Assembly: GCA_009859145.1 (NCBI GenBank)
Contig: VRVR01000028.1
Span: 98,438-162,437 of the forward strand
Length of the DNA stretch: 64,000 nucleotides
DNA from: Andalucia godoyi And28
Taxonomy: Eukaryota > Protista > Jakobida
Direction of reading: 5' to 3'
Below the pieces are notes generated by a model. The model saw only the letters and a program-made list of their open reading frames with translations, had not been told where the DNA came from and did not search any database. This document shows, one piece after another, positions 56,201 through 64,000 of this stretch (position 1 is its first letter; every line of letters begins with the position of its first letter). The translations under genes were made by a program, and so were the position numbers.

Positions 56201-56390
56201 CTCGATTCCACATCAAGGATTGTCGATGAATGGAGAACGTTGCGTCGAGAGCATCGTCAATCGAAGAGTCTTCTTCAGTTTCAGTTTCCGCTTCCCCCTC
56301 TGTCTTGGAGCCATACTTCTTGTTTTGAACCGATTCTCTACGGCTGCCGCGCGCAGACGAACTGCTTGACGACAGAGACTCTGGATCCAT
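53208..56390 (-). CDS. Single-domain 6TM channel (bacterial Nav-like Ion_trans) fused to a C-terminal PAS domain
   Basis: From MDPESL (ATG 56390), 1060 aa. AWNVFDVFV (S3), VRVFRVF (S4), FGTF..CFSLSIVM (pore helix), YPYGWIYFILF..LVLAMIVEAF (S6), coiled coil, LLESILDNMPDPIFVKD..NEAF..GVCRDIS (PAS). Confidence 0.88.
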   Translation of the reverse strand: MDPESLSSSSSSARGSRRESVQNKKYGSKTEGEAETETEEDSSIDDALDATFSIHRQSLMWNRDDFLHLSESRKKGKGGSESKRNAQDDSDDSERLPPGHLDDSDGYDESEVVLDSRFADSRSPPPSPLHLNPRLNPHFLHNPHYKSGGNDGNASDGKNLNRRRSSSFVSNKSSFAPQHAPTLGLHDSASSSHNALSFSGVTTQPASVLRRITSLGASQFPVGASLQLSPDPSTSAGAGVGVVEAGEAGAAGNASTVEDLRVLDYHISPPLAESERRVSVSAKRKAFPIRPSREPLKSRSMSILQQHLLQLHQQQQLEASAAEARGVSGGTAHARSSVGEQVGIGKSIGVADDGARVDVDHQELHHRLHGETDRSTRNVDRSVSGSKSSGSALTSGHSASSSSVSVRPPPIELPGESASAAPTAPSVSAYESPEVLGPSEVSSTRPLIPGGTSSAGIVPSSSLSFHEITKKYVTGRTSDMRKRAVKPHATNRGRQDEDHEEKYRDRLKNRDDADDATDIVNDNDVGHPPHNGQSWSFDFSHNSKPESPTSGKHASSFAGDWEMDGSQKRHKSGRAEHHHPSDAVGDRGVQPEFNAPQKDSTLFAYNNAPRTFAESNAEPGSAEFYRRSRFGVRRRIQRSQKEIARSLHCFALALQLLMLVLWLQSPLYEAEGIHQAETTVAAQPPIFVAVVMFLLLCHEFSLILLNFFFHFRTATKSTLFSKKQAALSFFRHAWNVFDVFVFTGSAYTYLEFVIFPIFGYGTDARDSKVAYAFLGFFLSVRVFRVFGLFVRTNRLFIFLRNTIAEIYWILLSAFLVFFIFAIIGTFAFSRYAPHYFGTFSTTCFSLSIVMFSHKYYEISNSVLQEYPYGWIYFILFLVIVDLFVLDLVLAMIVEAFHHDEKKYLLEVKRRLKAAHKKLQEQHEDAMAARELLESILDNMPDPIFVKDSNHLLVVYNEAFQSLLNADPILLDALNRDAEEQVVLRTGRVVESNIKVGDKYFMTKKSRFGIVFGEDETEYYVVGVCRDISDLRSTQIQLEQLRRGISMPAMPGSSTMAPMSK

Positions 56391-56847
56391 ACGGAGGCCG
56401 CAGGGAAACACCACCAAGGGAAACGCAACAACCACAGCAAATCACAATGCACCCCCACACACACTCGCACACGCACAATAAAACAAAAAGTACAGTAAAC
56501 ACAAGGACACAATAAAAAAGCAAAGGCAAAAACATTAAAAAATATTAAAAAACGATGTTTTTGGGAAAAAAGAAAACATCAGGAAATCGACAGAGCCGCT
56601 GATTAATAACACGTCATTGTCGTGCATACGGAAGTATGCATAAACAGACACCGTCAATACTGGCCGACACTGGCACGTTTGTTTCACAGGGAATTCGTGC
56701 TGACGCACGCACAGGCTCCGCATTTTCGACACTCTTTAACGCAACATCCGTAGCCATTTATTCTATCATTCGTTGGTTTCACTCTTTTACTCAAATATGG
56801 GCGTGAGTGCGCTGGGATGACGCATTCGCCTACGCCTACGCCGCTCG

Positions 56848-57241
56848 ATGCCAGGGCCTCCTAGGTCCCGCAGACCTCCTAAGAGACCACGTGTCACTAC
56901 GCCTACCGCCTCTTCCTTTCGCATCTCCAGGTGCATCAATCGCTGCAACTGAGGACACGAAAGCGCCTGCTGCTAGGGCCGTCAGAATCAAAATGCACCC
57001 TTCTCAGGAACAACGTGCCACGCCGAGAAAGTGGCTTGGTGCGGAGTACACGTCCAAAACGTGCGGGCGCTGCGGTGAGATCCATGCACGTCGAGGCGCG
57101 GAAGCAGCAAAGTGTTTGCATGTCCCGCGTGTAGCTCACCGATTGATCGAGATTGGGAACGGAGCGTGGGGCATTTATCTGAAGCACGCCGTGAGGCGTG
57201 TTGGGGCCTATCCCCTTCGCGGCAACGGGATGCAGGATTGA
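56848..57241 (+). pseudogene. Internally deleted, frameshifted TnpB/Fanzor2 gene
   Basis: MPGPPRSRRPPKRPRV, frameshift, RAVRIKMHPSQEQRATPRKWLGA fused directly to EYTSKTCGRCGEIH, shifted-frame SKVFACPACSSPIDRDW, then NGAWGIYLKH..MQD*. RuvC-I/II and REC are absent. Confidence 0.88.
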
Positions 57242-57288
57242 ATATGCATGTCTATTCGTAGATGTGCACGTTCAGTGTATAATGTAGG
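57160..57288 (+). ncRNA. Putative omegaRNA scaffold, copy 2
   Basis: GGGG-cctat-CCCC hairpin; 16-bp stem with TTCG loop at 57239-57274 (15/16 paired allowing G-U). 5' boundary inferred. Confidence 0.6.
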
Positions 57289-57866
57289 CACTGTCTTTCG
57301 ACACATGATTGCGTGCAACATGCGGGCTGACAGGTCCGACATCCAAAGGCTTTTTGGGATGCGAACTCCGGGAGAAATTGCAGGTTTGAAGAGGAGTTTG
57401 TTTTGTGACAGCGCAAGCGGGAAACGTGACTTCCGTCGGTGGCTTGTCCATCAGACATCCACGAGAGATTGTCCAAGAAAGGCTATCGTGATAGCGGCGC
57501 ATCCAACCTTGTTGCCTCAACCCAGCAAGTTTTTTCTGACGACTTCTCTGGAATTTTGGGTTGGGGCCTTTTCCTGGGCCTCGTGCGCGAAACTTTTCCA
57601 TTTAAGCCACCAAAGGCCAAAATCCAACACCACCACTATCCGTTTCCCTCCCTTCTTTCTTTTGATTTCCTTCCTCTTTTCCTTCTCTCCTTTCTTCTTT
57701 CAAATACTGTTCTCCTTGTCCTTCTTCATTCTTTATTCATTCATTCTTCTTCTTCTTCTTTTCTGTTTCTTGTTGTCTGCGGAACATTGTACATACAAGG
57801 GTGGTGAAAAAACAAAACAAACAACAACCAACAAACCAGTGGGACAGGATATTGGAAAGGGAAATA

Positions 57867-60800
57867 ATGTCGTATGAAGGGTTCAATGTCAAGAGCATGG
57901 GATACTACGCCCCTTACTCCGGACCGTCGTTTCTGAACTCTATATTTGACTCGAATAATTCGTCATCTTCTTCGTCCTTGTCGTCCTCGTCTGCCTTGGA
58001 TCCAAGCAACAGCAGCAGCAGTAGTAATAGTAATAATAGTAGCAGTAGCAGTGATGGTAGCAGCAGTAGCAGTAGTAGTGGTATTAATTGCAGTATCACT
58101 GGTATTAGTACTGGTAGCAGTATTGGCAGCGGAAATGTGAATATCATTAGTAGTAATAGTAGCAGTAATATTGGGAGCAACACCAACTTTATTAGTAGTA
58201 GCAGTAGCAGTACTCGTAGCAGTACTCGTAGTAGCAGCGCAAACAGCAGTACAGATAGCTCTCCGCTGCTTGAAGCCCTCCGGAACCAGCCTTCTTCCGC
58301 AACTGGCAATGTTTCGAGTTCAGAACTTGGAGCTGGAGCTGGAGTTGGAGTTGGAGCTGCGGAGGTATACGATGTGCGATATCCTTATGGGTCCGAAATC
58401 TCGCAGCAGTTTGTGTCGTCCTTCTATCAGCGTCAACATAGCCGGAATGCTTCTGCTCCACAGTACCTACCTGCAGGAATGGATGATCAGTCGCATGGTT
58501 ACCAGCATTCCCAGCATTCCCAGCATTCCCAGCATCCCCAGCATCCCCATCATGGCCAGCGAAAACTGGTTCCAAATGCCAGCTATGAATATGCGCATTA
58601 TCCACCGACACAGTATTCTCAATATGCGCAGCAGCAGCAGCAGTTCGTTGTTCCCAATCGATCCGCAAACTCCCTTTCGGCTCCGAGTGCGAATTCTGGA
58701 TATTACCGAAACTCGGTCGATGGTTCCGATGCGTACGCAATGCAGTTTCACTCCATGCATGAGCCACAGCCAGTACAGAATTCTCTCAGACTCCGTGGAA
58801 TGCAGCAGCAGCAGCAGCAGCAGTATGGCAGTGCGGGAAACGCTCGTTTGAATACTGGAAACGGAGGCCTACTGGCACAACAACCTATGATGCAACAATA
58901 TTCTGGGGGACAAGTGATAGCACAGCATTCTTTCCATCAGCATCAACAACAGCAGCCCGTTTCTCTGGGAGTCCATTCAGGTTCGCAGCTGTCGCATCAG
59001 CAGATGGGTATGCATCTCGGTCCTCAACAACAGCGTCATCCGAATCAACACCAAGGACATCATCAAGGCCAGCCGCACCTTCAGCCGAGCCATCGTCATC
59101 AAGGTCGTCATCATGGACACCAGCATCACCAGGGTCATGGTGGGGTGCACGTGCAGCAAGCACCGCCGCAGCCACAGCCACAGCCACAGCCACAACCACA
59201 GTCACAGTCACAGTCACAGTCACAGTCACAGTCACAGTCACAGTCACAGTCACAGTCACAGTCACAGCAGTTTAAACCGGAACGTCACATCTTTTTCAAC
59301 AAGGACTTTTCAGGCTTGCTGATCAAGAATGCAAAGTTGATTGGACAAAAGTGCTCTGCGTCCGTTTGGGTTGATGCAGAAAAGGGAATCGTGACGATTC
59401 GCGGAGTAGGGGCACCGGCCGAACGTGCAGAAATAGCAGTCCGCAACTTACTTGCGCAAGCTGCGTTTCCTAGACGAGTGTTTTTCCATTATGTGTACGA
59501 CCATATTCCCGAGCACGCAATTGACGAGTCGAGTATGCTCGTTGAATTTGTTCCTGCCGGCACTTCAGGGACGGATGACTACGACTCGCTTTCTGGAAAG
59601 GTTGATTGTTTCTTGCGTTTTGCGAACCGCAATGTCTCGTTTTCAGCAGATCCGTTGCTGGACGATCGCCTTGTGGAAGAGCATGTCAATCGACGCGTCA
59701 GTGAATGTATGCAGGCGATCCAGCCTTATGCACAAGCGTTGTTCAGTGAGGGTGGAGTTGTTGGAGCGGGTGGCGCCGGAGCAAACGGTTCCGGAGGTGG
59801 CGGAATGTTTGATGACGACATCCGCACACCACTGGCAGATGTTGTGAACGTGCAGATTCGCATTGGATATCTCCGGTATCGTGTATCTCAAAACATGGTT
59901 GGGCGAACGTACACGCTGAAGGAAGTCCGCGAGCTGTTGGAACGAGACCGCCAAATTGACATGCACATTGACTACAAGTTGCGTGACAACAAGTTCACGC
60001 AGTTGCATCATTTGCTCAATACATTGCCGGATGTTCCTTCTGGCAACAATTCTGGAATCGAGGCGTCGTTCCCATTCGATACGTCAACGCTGAGTGTTCT
60101 TGCTGGACCGACTGAGCGAGATGGTCCGTCGAACTCCGATCACAGCGGGTACGATGAACCACTGCCGTCAATGCCTTATCAGAAAGGCGGTAGCCGCGGT
60201 GGTGGATCTTCCTCTGCTTCGGTTTCTGCTCCAATGCTGGAACGCCAGGGTCCTTCGATCTTGTCACACGAAAGAAAGCTTCGTGCGGGTCGGCGGTATG
60301 CCATCGAACGTGGACAGTTCGTTAAACTCTTCTTGCACCATCGGTACCGAGCCCCGCACAAGCAATGTCACATCAACTTTTCTCTTGAGGAAGATTCAAA
60401 TACCCGAGCAGTAACTCGGTGGGAGCCCATTTCGTCGGTTCCTGGTGAAGATGTTGCGCGCACATTGTTTCAGGTCTTCCATGTTCCAATAGGCGATGCT
60501 CTTGGATTGTGTGTCGAAGTCAAGGGGAAGACCCCTGGTCAGATTCACGCAGCGCAGTCATCCACAGGTCCGGTGGTTCCTTCGGGGAAGAAGGAGAGTC
60601 CACCGCCATCATCCTCGTCGTCGTCCGCGTCTGCGAACGATGCGGGTTCGGCGTTGTCTTCGAATTCCATGTTTGAACAGGCGCTGCACAGCTTCCGCTG
60701 CGCAGTCCGCTTCTCTCGAGATGGCTTCCCCGTGGCATCGCCAGACGCAGTTTTTGAAGTTGGGGCCCAGCGATCCAAGGACACGGATGCTTTTGTGAAC

Positions 60801-61049
60801 CCGACAACTGGCGTTACATTCTCGCTTTCCAAGATTCGCCAGTTTCGAGGAGGTGTGGAGGAGCGCGGACGGTGCGAAGTTGCTGGACATGCTGCATTCT
60901 TCAAAGAAGCTTGTCGATGCTGGGATGAGAACGGTGTCAAGGTCAAGGCTGAGCACTTGACAATGAGTCTGTTGATGGACTGTGTGGACAAGTGTCTTCG
61001 TGAATCGTATTCTCTTCTTGTCCGATCTGGCGATCTTCCATCGATGTAA
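57867..61049 (+). CDS. Large low-complexity protein with a KH-like domain
   Basis: 1060 aa from MSYEGF; Ser/Asn/Gln/His tracts; [47 protein letters not shown] resembles a degenerate KH fold. Confidence 0.7.
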   Translation: MSYEGFNVKSMGYYAPYSGPSFLNSIFDSNNSSSSSSLSSSSALDPSNSSSSSNSNNSSSSSDGSSSSSSSGINCSITGISTGSSIGSGNVNIISSNSSSNIGSNTNFISSSSSSTRSSTRSSSANSSTDSSPLLEALRNQPSSATGNVSSSELGAGAGVGVGAAEVYDVRYPYGSEISQQFVSSFYQRQHSRNASAPQYLPAGMDDQSHGYQHSQHSQHSQHPQHPHHGQRKLVPNASYEYAHYPPTQYSQYAQQQQQFVVPNRSANSLSAPSANSGYYRNSVDGSDAYAMQFHSMHEPQPVQNSLRLRGMQQQQQQQYGSAGNARLNTGNGGLLAQQPMMQQYSGGQVIAQHSFHQHQQQQPVSLGVHSGSQLSHQQMGMHLGPQQQRHPNQHQGHHQGQPHLQPSHRHQGRHHGHQHHQGHGGVHVQQAPPQPQPQPQPQPQSQSQSQSQSQSQSQSQSQSQSQQFKPERHIFFNKDFSGLLIKNAKLIGQKCSASVWVDAEKGIVTIRGVGAPAERAEIAVRNLLAQAAFPRRVFFHYVYDHIPEHAIDESSMLVEFVPAGTSGTDDYDSLSGKVDCFLRFANRNVSFSADPLLDDRLVEEHVNRRVSECMQAIQPYAQALFSEGGVVGAGGAGANGSGGGGMFDDDIRTPLADVVNVQIRIGYLRYRVSQNMVGRTYTLKEVRELLERDRQIDMHIDYKLRDNKFTQLHHLLNTLPDVPSGNNSGIEASFPFDTSTLSVLAGPTERDGPSNSDHSGYDEPLPSMPYQKGGSRGGGSSSASVSAPMLERQGPSILSHERKLRAGRRYAIERGQFVKLFLHHRYRAPHKQCHINFSLEEDSNTRAVTRWEPISSVPGEDVARTLFQVFHVPIGDALGLCVEVKGKTPGQIHAAQSSTGPVVPSGKKESPPPSSSSSSASANDAGSALSSNSMFEQALHSFRCAVRFSRDGFPVASPDAVFEVGAQRSKDTDAFVNPTTGVTFSLSKIRQFRGGVEERGRCEVAGHAAFFKEACRCWDENGVKVKAEHLTMSLLMDCVDKCLRESYSLLVRSGDLPSM

Positions 61050-61101
61050 TACCGCTGTATTTGATTATTTTGATTTCCCTGCCCAGTGTCTCGTGGAGTT
61101 C

Positions 61102-61132
<31 letters not shown>

Positions 61133-62061
61133 CTTCTTTCTTCTTCTTCTACTACTACTACCACCACTACCATTATTTTTACTACTACTGTCTTTCTCTC
61201 TGTCCTTCGTCTGCGTGTTCTTTGTATATGTTGCTGTTCAGTATTTGTTTAATTTGTTGTCGATGCTTTAATGTGTCGTGGAGAAGATTATCGCCGCCTT
61301 TGCGATACTGTCTTTTGAAAATGGATGAAGCTCTTTGTGTACGTTTTCGCAATGTATTGATGTGTAACTGCGTTCTTTTGTGTTGTCAAGTTGTTGGATG
61401 TTTGCTTTCGCTCTAGGTAATTTCTGTTTTTGCCTATTTGCTACGTATCTTGTGCTGATCATGTCTCTCTATTTGCTGGATCTTCGTTTTGCGATCATGT
61501 TTGTCTACTTCCCCTTCCGTTGTGTATTTGTGTATTTGTTCTTGTTCCTTCCCCTCATTCCTGTCTTCGTGACCTGCAGTTCCTGCAGTGCTGAAACTGC
61601 TTGCGTTCCTTGTTCCTGCAGATCAGTCCAACGTGGCTTTTTTTTTGGTTGCCACAGACTTAATGTATATGTTTTGCCTTCGTCTTGGTGCCGAAGCAAG
61701 AAGAAGCGAGCTGTTGTTTTGTTCTTGCGTTTTTCTCCTCGACACAACGACTCGCAAGCTTTTCCGGTTCCGGCGGCTGCATGTTTGTTTGTTCCAAAAG
61801 GAATGATGCATATATGCATGGCCTGTGTGCGTCCTGAATTTCCTCTTTTCTTCTTCATGGTAAGAGTCCGGTTGATTATGTGGTAAGAGGGAACAATAAA
61901 TGTTTGTAGAGGGGAAAAAGAGAGTAAATGTTTTTCCTGTTCGTTGTGGACGTCAAGGAGAACGGCACATCTTTTCTCCCCGTCATCTTCTTCCGTTTTC
62001 CGACACATACGTGTTCTTTTTCGAGTCTTTCTTTTACTTCGCTGCATAAGATCATGGCCGC

Positions 62062-62754
<693 letters not shown>

Positions 62755-63086
62755 TGTTGTTGGAAGTGAACTTTGAAGCAGAAACAGTGAATTCATGCAG
62801 CAGTGCGTTTCCTCAGTGCTTAAAGAGAAGGAAACAAAACGAGAAAGAGAAAACTCCCCCAATGCGTGGGAGCATTTTCTGCCGTTTCCGTTTTCCCTTG
62901 CCTAGACGAGGTTCGACTTTGTCGACGCGGCTACGAATGATTATTGTGATTCGTAAGATCGGAAGCATCAGCAGGAAGAAAAAAAGCAGCAGGAAAAAAG
63001 AAAGAGATTTACTCTGATGATGATTTTTTTCTTTGCTTTTTTGGATCACTGATCTCACATCCACGAGGAACAAAAGAAGAAAGGCA

Positions 63087-63122
63087 GGGGGCAAGGGGCA
63101 AGGGGCAAGGGGCAAGGGGCAA
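63087..63122 (+). repeat. (GGGGCAA)5 tandem repeat with G-quadruplex potential
   Basis: Five runs of 4-5 G separated by CAA. Confidence 0.85.
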
Positions 63123-63181
63123 CAACGACAACCACAGCGACAACCACCACCGCAGAGTGGTGGACCGACGGAAAGGCGTTC

Positions 63182-64000
63182 TTAGCTTCTGAGAAAGTTG
63201 AGCAGGATAGGATACTGCTGGATTTCCTGCCAGTTTGGCATACCGTGGCCGTAAACAAGCGTTCCTTGATGTATTCTCCTCGATGCAAATGCCTGTTTGA
63301 GCTGCGCAAACGTGACTGGTCCAAACTGCGCGTTTTCGTCGTCAAGATAAAAGAACTCGTCTCCTACGCTTGCAGTCGGATCCACAGCAACCGGTGCTGC
63401 TTGCTGCACAGGAACCGCCATTCTCATTGGCTGTTGCTGCTGTTGTGGCTGCTGGTACTGCTGCTGCTGTTGAATTGGTTGCTGCACTGCATAACTCTGA
63501 TTCATTCCGTAATTCATCTGCTGCTGCTGCTGCTGCTGCTGCTGTGGTTGGACATTTGAAAATTCCGAGTGCATATCTGCGAAAGAGTTTGCAAACGCAT
63601 CGTTTTGCGGATTTGCGAGAGTGGCCTCCACTCTTTCCTGAACCTGCTGTCGGACAGGAGCGGGCCGGCCTTGCGTCTGGACCGCAGTTGCAATAGGCTT
63701 CAGCTGCGTCGCTGCGCGTTCGACAAACTGTCCCATGAGACTCACGAGATCCGCAAATGTTGCATTGCACGCATCTGTCGTTGACGCATCAAAGATCTGC
63801 AGCGCTCCAATGACCTGCTGATTTTTCCTATTGTACGTGTCTCGCGTGGACGACTCCTTGATTCTGTACCTCTGCAGCTTTGCCTGATCGACCGTCGCCA
63901 TAGAACCTCCCGACTTGCGCACCAACTCTGCAAGTTTCGTCCGTCTTGCATCGTAGTCGAGCTGCGCGTCTCGGCGTTCGCGCATGTCCGTTCGGACGCG
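63182..64000 (-). CDS. BAR-domain protein with C-terminal GYF_2-like domain, 5' partial
   Basis: Frame open to the window edge; RRDAQLDYDARRTKL (BAR), Q-rich linker, FFYLDDENAQFGPVTFAQLKQAF..TLVYGHGMPNWQ (GYF_2). Confidence 0.8.
   Translation of the reverse strand, partial: RVRTDMRERRDAQLDYDARRTKLAELVRKSGGSMATVDQAKLQRYRIKESSTRDTYNRKNQQVIGALQIFDASTTDACNATFADLVSLMGQFVERAATQLKPIATAVQTQGRPAPVRQQVQERVEATLANPQNDAFANSFADMHSEFSNVQPQQQQQQQQQMNYGMNQSYAVQQPIQQQQQYQQPQQQQQPMRMAVPVQQAAPVAVDPTASVGDEFFYLDDENAQFGPVTFAQLKQAFASRRIHQGTLVYGHGMPNWQEIQQYPILLNFLRS

Larger units (their letters stand above)
56595..57288 (+). mobile_element. Non-autonomous TnpB/Fanzor2-derived element, copy 2
   Basis: Homologous to 11273-11703 from CCG(T/C)TGA through TATAATGTAGG; flanks unrelated; contains the TnpB remnant. 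Confidence 0.88.

Noticed and set aside
11270-57290. Repeated element considered as a CRISPR array or host gene duplication
   Set aside because: Only two long dispersed copies, no repeat-spacer periodicity, unrelated flanks.
57290-57800. ORFs downstream of Fanzor copy 2 as a possible transposase
   Set aside because: They lie outside the region shared with copy 1 and show no serine-recombinase or Y1 motifs.
53208-61049. The two divergent genes flanking Fanzor copy 2 are both 3183 nt
   Set aside because: No sequence similarity, and both lengths depend on chosen start codons; coincidence.

Overview
Gene-dense eukaryotic nuclear DNA: about 28 protein-coding genes, standard code, few short GT-AG introns (donors mostly GTATG), AT-rich intergenic spacers, many microsatellites and homopolymeric amino-acid tracts. 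Housekeeping genes include both NC2 subunits, EMC2, Rab7, RPL32, PIN1, RPS28, INO80 and GMF. Nucleus-encoded proteobacterial-type MinC and RF2 suggest a protist with a bacteria-like mitochondrion; a jakobid is a guess, not shown by the sequence. Highlights: (1) two internally deleted copies of one TnpB/Fanzor2-like element (~11273-11703, ~56595-57288) that lost the nuclease core but keep a 16-bp UUCG hairpin at the right end and carry different flanks, as expected for omegaRNA ghost loci; (2) a single-domain bacterial-Nav-like channel with an atypical FSHKY filter, fused to a C-terminal PAS domain; (3) a candidate insect OR/GR-like 7TM ion channel; (4) a cyanobacterial-type HD protein carrying a spliceosomal intron; (5) a 20-bp palindromic double telo-box upstream of both ribosomal protein genes; (6) a 1389-aa type II membrane protein with a Cys-paired 7-repeat propeller. 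All family assignments come from motif recognition and recall; no database search was run.
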